A stretch of DNA of 62,480 bases, filler included. It is 3 parts of 3 records of this genome, joined end to end, with 100 filler letters (N's around TTAATTAATTAA, not from the genome) between each part and the next. Parts side by side here need not be neighbours in the genome. Positions count along the whole stretch, not along the records: positions 22,333 to 51,903 come from SRR22947725_840; positions 52,004 to 62,480 come from SRR22947725_842; 1 more part is not named here. One strand, given 5' to 3'. A program made the translations under genes and the position numbers. This document shows, in pieces, positions 49,765 through 60,115 of this stretch; positions within the stretch are counted from its first letter, which is position 1, and each line of letters starts with the position of its first letter. Under the pieces are notes generated by a model. It saw only the letters and a program-made list of their open reading frames with translations, was not told the DNA's origin and searched no databases.

Positions 49765-49839
49765 ATTAACCTCATGGATATGACCAACATTTAAAGTTAA
49801 TATATATTAACATTAACTATAAAGCTATATCTTTAATAA

Positions 49840-50967
49840 ATGGACAAAATTTTTGAAAAAATAATTAAATATTCACTACTATTTTCATTGATTTTTACAG
49901 AAAATTCTTATGCTCAATCTATAAGGTCTATTTTAAAAAATAGTGAGTCTGAATTAATTAATTATGTGTATAAGAACCAAGAAAAATTTGAAGTTCAAAT
50001 AATATTAACTGAATTAAAAAAAAGAAAAAATGGGTTTACAATACACAAGAAAAAATTTAATGTAGATAAAAAAAACTACTTCTACCCCGCTAGTTCTATA
50101 AAACTTCCAATTGCATTATTAACCATTGAAAAAATAAATGAAAATCCTAATTTAAACATCAATAGCGAATTTTTAATTGAAGGTGACTCTATAATTACTA
50201 CATTCAAAAAAGAAATAACAGATTTATTTATAATTAGTAGTAATGAGTCTTATAATAGATTATTTGAATTCTTAGGACAAGACTACATCAATAAAAAGCT
50301 TAAACAAAAGGGCTTTAAAGATTTTAGTATTTCTCATAGATTATCAACTGATAAATCTGATAATTTAAAAACAAAAGAAATTAATTTTTATAGAAATGGA
50401 GAAATAAATCAAATACAAAAATCAATTAACAACAAACCTCTAACAAAATTAAATTTGAAAAATTTAAATAAGGGGGTTGGTTTCACATTAGACAATGATC
50501 TACAAAATAAATCAATGGATTTTTCAAGAAAAAATTATTTTTCCATTGAGGAATTGAATAATATTTTAATCTGTTTGTTTTTTCCTGAAGTTTCAAAAAA
50601 TAAAAAATTTAATTTATCTAAATCACAGAACCTTTTAATACAAAAGTTAATGTCTTCAACTCCTCTTGACATGGGATTTGATAAAAATATATATCCAAAT
50701 AATTATAATAAATTTTTTATATACGGAGATAAAGATGGCATGATAAATGATAATATTTATAATAAAGTTGGTAATGCTTATGGGTACAGTATAGATAACG
50801 CATATATATACAATAAAAGTTCTAATCGACACTTTGTATTAACTGCGTGTATATATACAAATTCAAATAATATTCTTAATGATAATAAATATGAATATGA
50901 TGAGATTGGTATTCCATTTCTGGCAAAAATTGGTAGATTTTTAACCAATTACAATTTTAGGCAATAA
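49840..50967 (+). CDS. class A beta-lactamase-like serine hydrolase, exported
   Basis: YPASSIK (SxxK), SSN (SDN-like) and NKVG (KTG-like) motifs plus a signal peptide. Confidence 0.8.
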   Translation: MDKIFEKIIKYSLLFSLIFTENSYAQSIRSILKNSESELINYVYKNQEKFEVQIILTELKKRKNGFTIHKKKFNVDKKNYFYPASSIKLPIALLTIEKINENPNLNINSEFLIEGDSIITTFKKEITDLFIISSNESYNRLFEFLGQDYINKKLKQKGFKDFSISHRLSTDKSDNLKTKEINFYRNGEINQIQKSINNKPLTKLNLKNLNKGVGFTLDNDLQNKSMDFSRKNYFSIEELNNILICLFFPEVSKNKKFNLSKSQNLLIQKLMSSTPLDMGFDKNIYPNNYNKFFIYGDKDGMINDNIYNKVGNAYGYSIDNAYIYNKSSNRHFVLTACIYTNSNNILNDNKYEYDEIGIPFLAKIGRFLTNYNFRQ

Positions 50968-51028
50968 TTTAACCCTCTATATTTATTTAAAATGTTATTT
51001 TTGAATCGTTAAAAAAACAATGACTTAA

Positions 51029-51903
51029 ATGATAAGAAAAATATGTTTACTTATATTATTAGTATTCCAATTATCTTTCGGTCAACAGGGTAATATACCA
51101 CCTGAAATTTCATCTGAAAATTTAAATGAATTCTATTGTCCTCTAGGAGAGCAGAATATTGTCACCAGCTTTGATATAGTAGATCCAGATGATGATTCTA
51201 TATTAGCCTTATACATTCAAATATCTGAGGGATATGTTCAAGGAGAAGACTTACTTACCTTGACTGGTGTACACCCAGGTATTCAAGAAACTTGGGATCC
51301 AGTTTCTGGAAAATTAGAACTCAAAGGTCCAGGAGGAGGTGAAGCCTTATATGCAGATATAATCCCAGCTGTTTATGATGTTAGATTTAATAGTACTAAT
51401 AATAACCCAGTAGATAAGTCCTTCTCTTTTACTATTGGAAATGCTAATTTTTTACCATCAACTGGGCATTTCTATGAATATATTGATGTTCTTGGAATCA
51501 CATGGCAACAAGCCAAGACAGCAGCTGAAAATCAGTTTTATTTTGGTTTACAAGGATATTTAGCAACTATAATGAGTCCAGAAGAATCACAAATAGCCGT
51601 TGAACAAGCTAGTGCGACTGGATGGATTGGCGCATCAGACTTCACAAATGAAGGGCAATGGAATTGGGTGACAGGGCCTGAAGCAGGAACAAATTTTTGG
51701 AATGGTAACTTTAATGGATCAGCAGCAGCTGGAATGTATTCAAATTGGAATAATGACCCACCTGAACCTAATCAGACAGGAGAAGAAGATTTTGCTCACA
51801 TAACTGATCCTTCAATTGGCTTGATAGGCTCTTGGAATGACCTAAGTAATACTGGTCCTGGATCAGGGCCCTATCAACCCAAAGGATATATTGTTGAATT
51901 TGG
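51029..51903 (+). CDS. secreted protein with C-type lectin-like domain, 3'-truncated at linker
   Basis: Signal peptide, GHFYEY...ITWQQAK..A.....GYLATI...E, WIGASD...EGQWNW.TGPE, EPN and WND motifs. Confidence 0.82.
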
Positions 51904-52003
51904 NNNNNNNNNNNNNNNNNNNNNNNNNNNNNNNNNNNNNNNNNNNNTTAATTAATTAANNNNNNNNNNNNNNNNNNNNNNNNNNNNNNNNNNNNNNNNN
52001 NNN
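51904..52003. other. artificial contig linker N44-TTAATTAATTAA-N44
   Basis: Identical in structure to 22233-22332. Confidence 0.97.
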
Positions 52004-52434
52004 TGAAAACAGTAAATATTTATACAGATGGTGCTTGTAGAGGAAATCCTGGTATCGGTGGATGGGGTGTGTTAATTGAATATGAAGATTTTAATAAAGA
52101 ATTATTTGGTGGAGAGAAGCACACTACCAATAATAAAATGGAGCTTATGGCAGCAATTCAAGGCTTAAAAGCCTTAAATGAAAATTGCATTGTTCACCTA
52201 ACCACTGACTCAAAGTATGTGATGGATGGTATAAATAGCTGGATAATGAATTGGAAAAAAAATAACTGGAAGAACTCACAAAAACAGAGTGTTAAAAATA
52301 AGGATTTATGGATCCAATTAGATAAACTTAATGAACAACATGATGTAAACTGGCATTGGGTTAAAGGTCATTCAGGACATCCTCAGAATGAATTAGCAGA
52401 CCAATTAGCTAACAAAGGCATAGATACTTTATAA
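52004..52434 (+). CDS. rnhA: ribonuclease HI (first base of the start codon lost at linker)
   Basis: (x)TG AAA ACA... gives [35 protein letters not shown] and WVKGHSG...NELAD motifs. Confidence 0.96.
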
Positions 52435-53151
52435 ATGAATAAAAAATACATCATTCTCGATACAGAAACCACTGGCCTAGAGGTGCAGCAAGGACATAGA
52501 GTTATTGAAATAGGCGCAGTGCTTCTCAATGACAGAAAGAAGTCTGAAGAAAATTTTCATTCCTACCTTAACCCTGAAAGACTAATTGATGATGAGGCCT
52601 CTAAAGTACATGGCATTACAAATGCTGACCTTGATGACAAACCATTCTTCTCTGATATAGTTGAAGAGTTCCTTGAATTTATAGAGGGCTCAACTCTAGT
52701 TATCCATAATGCGCCATTTGATGTTGGCTTCCTTAATAATGAAATTAATTTAGTTTCATCTAAACTTCCAAAACTTGAAGATATATGTGAAATAGAGGAT
52801 TCATTATTAATCGCAAGAGATAAATTTCCTGGCCAAAGAAATTCTCTTGATGCTTTGGCAAATCGATTTGAGGTAACTGGCTATGATAGAAGTTTTCATG
52901 GAGCTTTGCTTGATGCAAATATTCTTGCAGACGTCTATATGATGCTTACGGGTGGTCAAAGTAAATTTGAATTCATGAATGATTCTTCCATAGCAAATGT
53001 TATTAAAAAAGATACAGCCAATAATTTAAGTTTTGAAGGCATTAATCTAGTTAGACTCAAATCAAATGATGAGTATGATCAAAGACATTCAAAAAGACTT
53101 TCAGAAATTTCTGAAAAGTACTCTATTGATACAATTTGGAGCAAACATTGA
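52435..53151 (+). CDS. dnaQ: DNA polymerase III epsilon subunit
   Basis: LDTETTG, IHNAPFDVGF, HGALLDA and MLTGGQ motifs. Confidence 0.96.
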   Translation: MNKKYIILDTETTGLEVQQGHRVIEIGAVLLNDRKKSEENFHSYLNPERLIDDEASKVHGITNADLDDKPFFSDIVEEFLEFIEGSTLVIHNAPFDVGFLNNEINLVSSKLPKLEDICEIEDSLLIARDKFPGQRNSLDALANRFEVTGYDRSFHGALLDANILADVYMMLTGGQSKFEFMNDSSIANVIKKDTANNLSFEGINLVRLKSNDEYDQRHSKRLSEISEKYSIDTIWSKH

Positions 53152-54536
53152 AAGTAGTTACAAGATTCGCGCCGAGCCCAACTGGAACGCTTCATATTGG
53201 AGGTGTTCGAACTGCTCTATTTAATTATGTGTATGCAAAAAAAATGGATGGTTTATTTCTAATACGAATTGAAGATACTGACAGACAACGCTCAACTAAA
53301 GAATTTGAAAAAAATATTTTAGACAGTCTTAGCTCTATAGGATTAAAACCAGATTTGGACCCTATAAATCAATCCGAAAGAACTGATATTTACACCAAAG
53401 CTGCAAATGAAATCTTCAATAGCGGCAATGCATATTACTGTAACTGTTCTAAAGATAGGCTTGATGAGATGAGATCACTGCAGCAGGCTAATGGCCAAAA
53501 GCCTCAATATGATGGCAAATGTAGAAACTTAAATCTAGAAAAATCTGACAATACTGTATTAAGGCTCAAGACCCCACTTGATGGCCAAATTATTATGAAA
53601 GATTATGTTAGAGGCGATATATCATTTAATAACTCTGAACTTGATGATTTAATAATCTTAAGAAGTGATGGAACGCCAACATATCATTTGTGCAACGTGG
53701 TTGATGATTTTGAACAAGGTGTAACTACTGTTATAAGAGGCGAGGATCACATCTCCAATACACCTCGTCAAATCCATATTCAACAAGCTCTTGGATATCC
53801 GGAGCTTGAGTATGCCCATCTTCCTTTGGTTCTTGGATCTGACAAGAAAAGGCTATCTAAAAGACATGCTGCCACTAGCCTTGAAGAATACAAGAACGAA
53901 GGATATCTCGACTCTGCTATTTTAAATACCCTGGCAAGACTGGGTTGGTCCAAGGGAGAGAAAGAGGTTTTTTACTTAAATGACTTGATAAAAGATTTTG
54001 AAATAACCGAAGTGCAAAAAGCAGGCGCAATTTTTGATATGACAAAGCTGGATTGGTTAAATACTCAGCATTTAGCAAACCTATCACTGGATGAATTTAA
54101 AACACACCTAAAACCTTTTCTAGTATCAATAAATATAAATATAAATGATCACCCTAAGTCTGATTTGTTAATTGATGCAATGAGATCTTCTGAATCTAAC
54201 TTATTAAATATTGCAAAAGGTTTATCACCTTATTTTAATGGTGTAGATGAATATGAGCCAAAGGCAGTTAAAAAGTTTCTTGCTGAATCAGGTAATGTGC
54301 TTTCATCAATATCCACTATATTAAATGACTTGGAGCATTGGAATGAAGAGAATATAGATATTGCTTTAAAAGAGTTTCAATCATCTTCAGGCTTACCTAC
54401 TCCTAAAGTTAATCAGCCTATTCGAATAGCGTTAACTGGTGGAACAAAATCCCCATCTCTTGGGCTAACTCTTGAGATTATTGGCAAAAATGATTCTTTG
54501 TTTAGAATTTCTAAAGCTTTAAATTTTATTAGCTAG
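53148..54536 (+). CDS. gltX: glutamate--tRNA ligase
   Basis: RFAPSPTG.LHIGG, RIEDTD, RGEDH and RLSKR motifs. The TTG start at 53148 has SD GGAG and a TTGA overlap with dnaQ. Confidence 0.96.
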   Translation: MKVVTRFAPSPTGTLHIGGVRTALFNYVYAKKMDGLFLIRIEDTDRQRSTKEFEKNILDSLSSIGLKPDLDPINQSERTDIYTKAANEIFNSGNAYYCNCSKDRLDEMRSLQQANGQKPQYDGKCRNLNLEKSDNTVLRLKTPLDGQIIMKDYVRGDISFNNSELDDLIILRSDGTPTYHLCNVVDDFEQGVTTVIRGEDHISNTPRQIHIQQALGYPELEYAHLPLVLGSDKKRLSKRHAATSLEEYKNEGYLDSAILNTLARLGWSKGEKEVFYLNDLIKDFEITEVQKAGAIFDMTKLDWLNTQHLANLSLDEFKTHLKPFLVSINININDHPKSDLLIDAMRSSESNLLNIAKGLSPYFNGVDEYEPKAVKKFLAESGNVLSSISTILNDLEHWNEENIDIALKEFQSSSGLPTPKVNQPIRIALTGGTKSPSLGLTLEIIGKNDSLFRISKALNFIS

Positions 54537-55436
54537 GCTTTTTACAAACTCTATAAATTTTTTAGATTCTTCGCTTATTGCTTTTGATTGATTGTTAAGC
54601 AGAACTATTTGGTAGGGAAGGCTCTCTTCAATCTCAAATATATCTACCTTAGTTTCATCACAATTCTTTGCTGTATATGAATCAACAAGGGCACTCCCCA
54701 TTCCAAGGCTTACAAGAGAGGCTGCACCACTATAGGATGAAACCTTGCCAGCTATATTACTTCCAATTGGTTTTTTATTAAAATGTTCAGTTAGGGAACT
54801 AACCCCATAGAATGAAATTAAATTTGTTATCTCTATAAAAGGCTCATGTGAAAAATGATCCAATTTGTATGCAGGTTTATTTTTATATATGTCTTTTGGA
54901 GAGATCATTACATGAGAACCTTTATGTATTATATGTCTTGAGTATTGGTTTTCATCTAGGTGATTGGACCCTCTATTTGAAATAGCTGGATCAAAACAAA
55001 TAACAATATCTATACTTTTATTATCAAGTCTGTTTAACAACTCATTGCTATTAAGATTTATAAAGTTAAATCCAGTTTTATTTCCTAACTTTTCATACTC
55101 TTTAAGTATCTTAGGCATAAGCGTAAGCATGATAGATGGTGTTGTTCCAATATTAATATCTTCAGAATCAAGCGGAATTAACTTCTCAGCTGTCTTATTG
55201 AAATTTTCAAGTTGAAAGATAACCATTGAAGCGTATTCATAGAGCTCATTTGCTTCATCTGTAGCTATAAGTTTTTTTGAATCCCTATTAAAAAGTTTAA
55301 AACCTAATTTTTTTTCAGTATATGAAATTGATTTACTTAAAGCCGGCTGAGAAACATTTAAAACATTGGCTGCTTTTGTAATAGATCCTTCTTTATAGAT
55401 ATGATAAAAAATTTCTATTTGTTTAGAATTAAGCAT
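54519..55436 (-). CDS. LysR family transcriptional regulator (alternative start 55454)
   Basis: HTH GSITKAANVLNVSQPALSKSI...EKKLGFKLFNR, about 305 aa, divergent from the TBDR. Confidence 0.93.
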   Translation of the reverse strand: MLNSKQIEIFYHIYKEGSITKAANVLNVSQPALSKSISYTEKKLGFKLFNRDSKKLIATDEANELYEYASMVIFQLENFNKTAEKLIPLDSEDINIGTTPSIMLTLMPKILKEYEKLGNKTGFNFINLNSNELLNRLDNKSIDIVICFDPAISNRGSNHLDENQYSRHIIHKGSHVMISPKDIYKNKPAYKLDHFSHEPFIEITNLISFYGVSSLTEHFNKKPIGSNIAGKVSSYSGAASLVSLGMGSALVDSYTAKNCDETKVDIFEIEESLPYQIVLLNNQSKAISEESKKFIEFVKSLANKI

Positions 55437-55452
55437 ATTAGAGCTACTATAC

Positions 55453-55467
55453 ATAACCTAAAGTTAT
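55453..55467. promoter_or_regulatory. putative LysR recognition site (T-N11-A palindrome)
   Basis: ATAAC-CTAAA-GTTAT in the lysR/TBDR divergent gap. Confidence 0.7.
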
Positions 55468-55499
55468 TTTTATAGTCGTTTTTATTATATCTATTTATA

Positions 55500-55529
55500 T
55501 AGACAACTTTACAAATGTAGTTTTATAAT
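55500..55529 (+). promoter_or_regulatory. putative sigma70 promoter of the TBDR operon
   Basis: TAGACA-N18-TATAAT, with SD AGGGGA before the ATG at 55571. Confidence 0.5.
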
Positions 55530-55570
55530 TAAGTTAGAAATTTATAACTATAATTCATAGGGGATAATGA

Positions 55571-58561
55571 ATGAAAACTATCAAATCTTTCTTGGTGCTA
55601 GCTCTAGCTATGCCATTTGTAATTCAAGCTCAAGACGATACTGCTGCAGCAGATGTTGAAGAGGTTGTTGTTGTTGGTACTCAAATTAAAGGCGCAAACA
55701 TTGCGGGAATTTTGCCAGTAACTGTCATTACAGCAGAAGATATAGAAGCACTTGGAGTTGATTCCGGTGATGAGCTTTTAGAAAATATTGCTGAACAGGG
55801 GCTTAACTATTTTAATGAATCAGAAATGGCATCAGGTGGAGTCAATGCTGCTAGGGGAGATATGGGAGCATATAACCTTAGAAATTTAGGAGTTGGTAAT
55901 ACTCTTACTTTATTAAACGGGAGAAGGCTTGTAACCTCACCAGGTTATCAAACTGAATTAATTGGTGGTGATTTTGTACCCACTACAACGGTTAATTCAC
56001 AGCTAGTTCCAGTATACGGCCTTGAAAGATTAGAAATTCTTAGAGATGGTGCTTCTGCTATTTATGGAGCTGATGCTGTTGCAGGTGTTGTTAATAATGT
56101 AATGCAATCTGATTATGAAGGTTTAGTAATTAGAGGAAAAGTTACAGCATTTGATCACTTTGAAACAGAAGATAAAACTATGTCCATTAAATGGGGTAAG
56201 AATTTTGGAAAAACAAATGTAAGTGCTTTTTTTGATAGTTATGACAGAGGTTCAATTGAAGCAAGTGAAGACCCAAGATGGGCAGATTCCGATCATAGAA
56301 AATGGGTTCCTGAAGATTCCCCTTGGTTTGGAAGCGCAAGTTTTAATAATACCTCCACTAACTCACTTTATGGCCAGTTTGATATGGTCAGTAGTTCAAC
56401 AAGTATTGCAGGAACAGCATACGATAGAGTATGGACTGACAGTTCTGGAGAGTTTGAAATATTCCCTCTTGGCGATCCAAGATGTTCAAATCGTTCAAGC
56501 CAAGATGGAGTTGTTTTTGATACTGGTTATGGAACTTGTATAGCTGAAGATGGTAATGGAGTAGAGAGATATAATTTATGGGGACTTACTCAAAAAAGAG
56601 GTAAGCTTGAAAGACAAAATCTCTTAGTATTTATCAATTCAGAGCTTTCAAATGGTGTTGAGACATTCACTGAAATTGGCTACTACACTTCAGAAAGTGA
56701 AAGAAGAAACCATCCTTCATATGCCTTTACATCTTCAAAGCATAGAGTTGGTCCAGACAATTATTGGTTAAACCAGATGACAGTTCCAGATGGAACTGCA
56801 ATATTTGCAGGTAAAGAGTTATATATTGATAACTATAGATATGCAGAAGTACCAAGAATGACTTATGTAGACAAAGAAACATATAGATTTCTTCAAGGTT
56901 TTAGAGGTACTACAGGAAATTGGGATTGGGAAACTGCATTAGTTTACTCAAAGGCTACATCTGATGACCTTACTAAAAACAGAATATCTAATACTTTATT
57001 AAAAGAAGCTTTATATGACGATACTCCAGCTGCTTATAATCCATTTAGTGCTGGTGTTGCTTCAAATATAGAAAGAGTTCTTGTTGATGTTACTAGGTTT
57101 GGTACAAGCTCATTAACATCTTTTGATTTCAAGATGGTAAACCCCGAAATGTTTACTTTGCCTGCTGGACCAGTAGCAGTTTTACTTGGTTTTGAGGTAA
57201 GAGATGAAGTTATTACTGATAATAGAGATGATAGACTGGATGGAACAATAGACTATTGTGACTATGAGAACGATTGCTATCCATTAGTTGCTGATGTTGT
57301 TAACTCAAGTCCTACTGGAGATGTATCGGGCGAAAGGCAGACTACATCATTGTTTGTTGAATTAAATGCTCCTATTACAGATTCTATTTCTACTCAACTA
57401 GCTGTTAGACATGAAAGTTCTGATGATTTTGCTTCTGCAACTGTTGGTAAGTTTGCTATAGGCTGGGAAGTAAATCAAAGCTTATCACTTAGAGCCTCTG
57501 CATCAACTGCATTTAGAGCTCCTAATATAATTCAACTTAATGAAGGTGGAGTTGTTAGGTCTGGAACAAGTGATGACTGGGTTGTTCAAAGAGTTCAAGA
57601 TGTTTTGAATGAAGCAGGTGGTTATGATGGTGATACAAGTATCACAGATTCAGATATAGACTCTTCATACACAATCCAAAGAAGAGCTGTTGGAGGAAAT
57701 AAGTTAGATGCTGAAGAATCAACTAATAGCTCTGTAGGTCTTGTTTATACTCCAGAAATGGTTCCTGGTTTAATTGTTACTCTTGATCAATGGTCTATTG
57801 AAAAAGAAAAAACTATTGGTTTGTTTGGACGTGAGAACCAAATTGTTAATGACATGCTTTTAAGATTTGAAAATGGTTTAAATAACTGTAATTCATTTAT
57901 AGGTGATCCATTGGTTGTTCGTGAAGCGCCAGATGCCGGAGATGCTGGATACTTTACTGCCGCTGGAATTTGTCCAGCTGGAGTAGTTAAGTATGTTCAA
58001 AATGATTATACAAACATGGCAACAAGAAACTTATCTGGAACTGATATTGGCGTTTACTATGATATCGACACCAAGTATGGAGATTTTGGACTTAAGTATA
58101 TTGGAAGTAAAACCGATGAATTCACTCAAGATGCATCAGGTGAATTTGCTTTCCTTCAATCACAAAAAGATGCTGGGTTAATTCCTGCTAATATCCCACT
58201 AGATGGATTTGGTGATTTGTTGGGTATGGACGGAAACTATGACACAAAACATACTGTAAAAGCATCATGGAGAATGGGTGACTGGGGGGCTACAATGTCT
58301 ATGCTTCAAAAAGGAGAGTTTTATCAAAATTCTTTAACTTTAAGCGATGGTACAAGATACGTAATTCCTGAAATGACTACTATCGATGCTACTGTTTCAT
58401 ATTCATTCAGAATGAACGGCAATAAGGCAAGATTAAGGTTTGCTGTTAAAAACTTAGAAGATGAAAGAGCGCCTTTAGCAGATAGGTATTATGGTTACTA
58501 TGCTGATGCTCATCAAGATTATGGTAGAAACTACTACTTAGATTTAAGAGTTACATTCTAA
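55571..58561 (+). CDS. TonB-dependent receptor
   Basis: Signal peptide, TonB box EEVVVVG, plug NLRNLG...TLLNGRR and ERLEILRDGASAIYGADAVAGVVN, C-terminal YLDLRVTF. Confidence 0.96.
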   Translation: MKTIKSFLVLALAMPFVIQAQDDTAAADVEEVVVVGTQIKGANIAGILPVTVITAEDIEALGVDSGDELLENIAEQGLNYFNESEMASGGVNAARGDMGAYNLRNLGVGNTLTLLNGRRLVTSPGYQTELIGGDFVPTTTVNSQLVPVYGLERLEILRDGASAIYGADAVAGVVNNVMQSDYEGLVIRGKVTAFDHFETEDKTMSIKWGKNFGKTNVSAFFDSYDRGSIEASEDPRWADSDHRKWVPEDSPWFGSASFNNTSTNSLYGQFDMVSSSTSIAGTAYDRVWTDSSGEFEIFPLGDPRCSNRSSQDGVVFDTGYGTCIAEDGNGVERYNLWGLTQKRGKLERQNLLVFINSELSNGVETFTEIGYYTSESERRNHPSYAFTSSKHRVGPDNYWLNQMTVPDGTAIFAGKELYIDNYRYAEVPRMTYVDKETYRFLQGFRGTTGNWDWETALVYSKATSDDLTKNRISNTLLKEALYDDTPAAYNPFSAGVASNIERVLVDVTRFGTSSLTSFDFKMVNPEMFTLPAGPVAVLLGFEVRDEVITDNRDDRLDGTIDYCDYENDCYPLVADVVNSSPTGDVSGERQTTSLFVELNAPITDSISTQLAVRHESSDDFASATVGKFAIGWEVNQSLSLRASASTAFRAPNIIQLNEGGVVRSGTSDDWVVQRVQDVLNEAGGYDGDTSITDSDIDSSYTIQRRAVGGNKLDAEESTNSSVGLVYTPEMVPGLIVTLDQWSIEKEKTIGLFGRENQIVNDMLLRFENGLNNCNSFIGDPLVVREAPDAGDAGYFTAAGICPAGVVKYVQNDYTNMATRNLSGTDIGVYYDIDTKYGDFGLKYIGSKTDEFTQDASGEFAFLQSQKDAGLIPANIPLDGFGDLLGMDGNYDTKHTVKASWRMGDWGATMSMLQKGEFYQNSLTLSDGTRYVIPEMTTIDATVSYSFRMNGNKARLRFAVKNLEDERAPLADRYYGYYADAHQDYGRNYYLDLRVTF

Positions 58562-58576
58562 AATGGTATAAACTTT

Positions 58577-58601
58577 AAAGGGAGCATGTGCTCCCTTTTT
58601 T
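58577..58601 (+). terminator. intrinsic terminator / stabilising hairpin after the TBDR
   Basis: AAAGGGAGC-ATGT-GCTCCCTTT followed by a T run. Confidence 0.85.
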
Positions 58602-58614
58602 ATTGGAATTAATT

Positions 58615-60114
58615 ATGCATGCATATAAGAATAAAGGTTTCTGGATAGGTTTGATGGCGTTTTTCATCATCCTATTGATTGGTATTAATGGAAGCTTGCC
58701 ATCAAGCTTAATTGCGCTAGATGGTACTGCCTTTGAAACAAATAAAGGTACACAATTTATAAATAGTCAGTCAGCATGGTTTGTTTTAGCTGTATTGGTT
58801 TTGATGGCAATTTGGTGGGCAACTGAAGCACTCCCCGTTGCAGTTACTTCCCTCTTGCCTTTAGCATTATTTCCTCTTTTGAATGTGGCAACCTTTCAAG
58901 CCTCAGCAAATCCTTATGCTAATAAAAATATTTATCTTTTCCTTGGTGGTTTTATTTTGGCGCTTGGTATAGAAAGATCTGGACTTCATAAGCGAATAGC
59001 TCTTGTAATGATATCTGCTATAGGGTCATCTGGAGAAAGGTTGATTGGTGGGTTTATGCTTGTTGCAGCAATGCTAAGTATGTTTGTGATGAATACTTCT
59101 ACCACTTTAATGCTTTTACCAATTGGATTAGCAGTTTGTACAGTAATAGCTTCTACAACTCCTGGGATTAGCAATATTCAAAGAAAGAATTTTGATACCG
59201 CTTTGATGTTAGGTATTGCATATGCGGCAACTATTGGTGGTATGTCCACTATTATTGGGACTGCGCCTAACATAGTTTTTGTAACATTTATGAGTGAAAC
59301 ATATGGAGTAGAAATTGATTTTTTTAGCTGGATGAAAGTAGGAGTCCCGGTATCAATTTCGATGTTAATAGCTGCCTGGTTTATTCTTGCAAAATATATT
59401 TTTCCTACAAATTTTAATTCCTCAAACGAAACTAGAATAGAACTTAATAAAATGGTTCAGGATTTAGGTCCCATAAGGAAAGATGAGATTAAAGTTGGTT
59501 TTATATTTGGACTTGCAGTTATTGCCTGGATGACAAGTAGGGTTGTTAGAACCCAATTTGGAATTGGGTTAGAGGATGCTGGCATAGCTATTATAATAGC
59601 TATACTTCTATTCATAATTCCTTCATCAGAAAATAATAAAGATTTAATGGTATGGACTGAGACGTCAAAATTACCATGGGGTTTGTTGTTACTATTTGGA
59701 GGCGGGCTATCTCTTGCTGCTCAAGTTTCTAGCACTGGTTTAGGTATTTGGATAGGGCAAGGTTTAACAGTCTTAAAAGATGTTGAACCAATAATATTAA
59801 TTTTTGCTATTGCTACTTTGATAATTTTCTTAACAGAAATGACAAGTAATGTTGCTACAACAAGTACATTTCTTCCTGTGATTGGTTCCTTGGCAATAGC
59901 TCTAGGGGTTGTACCAGTCTCCTTAACAATACCAGTGTGCTTGGCAGCAAGTTGTGCATTCATGCTTCCAGTAGCCACTCCCCCAAATGCAATTGTTTAT
60001 GGTTCAGGAAAATTTACTATAGCAACAATGATGAAAGCAGGTTTCTTTATTAATATAATTGGGATATTAGTAGTAACATTTTTCTCATATTATTTAGCAC
60101 CAATGGTTTTTTAA
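58615..60114 (+). CDS. DASS/SLC13 sodium-coupled anion (dicarboxylate) symporter
   Basis: WATEALP, MNTSTT, IGTAPN, LLFGGG, TEMTSN and AFMLPVATPPNAI motifs. Start moved to ATG 58615 because GTG 58588 lies inside the terminator hairpin. Confidence 0.92.
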   Translation: MHAYKNKGFWIGLMAFFIILLIGINGSLPSSLIALDGTAFETNKGTQFINSQSAWFVLAVLVLMAIWWATEALPVAVTSLLPLALFPLLNVATFQASANPYANKNIYLFLGGFILALGIERSGLHKRIALVMISAIGSSGERLIGGFMLVAAMLSMFVMNTSTTLMLLPIGLAVCTVIASTTPGISNIQRKNFDTALMLGIAYAATIGGMSTIIGTAPNIVFVTFMSETYGVEIDFFSWMKVGVPVSISMLIAAWFILAKYIFPTNFNSSNETRIELNKMVQDLGPIRKDEIKVGFIFGLAVIAWMTSRVVRTQFGIGLEDAGIAIIIAILLFIIPSSENNKDLMVWTETSKLPWGLLLLFGGGLSLAAQVSSTGLGIWIGQGLTVLKDVEPIILIFAIATLIIFLTEMTSNVATTSTFLPVIGSLAIALGVVPVSLTIPVCLAASCAFMLPVATPPNAIVYGSGKFTIATMMKAGFFINIIGILVVTFFSYYLAPMVF

Positions 60115-60115
60115 A

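Noticed and set aside
51904-51955. ORF-track extension of the lectin protein through X residues
   Set aside because: This is translation of the linker. The gene is simply truncated, so a T9SS C-terminal signal cannot be confirmed.
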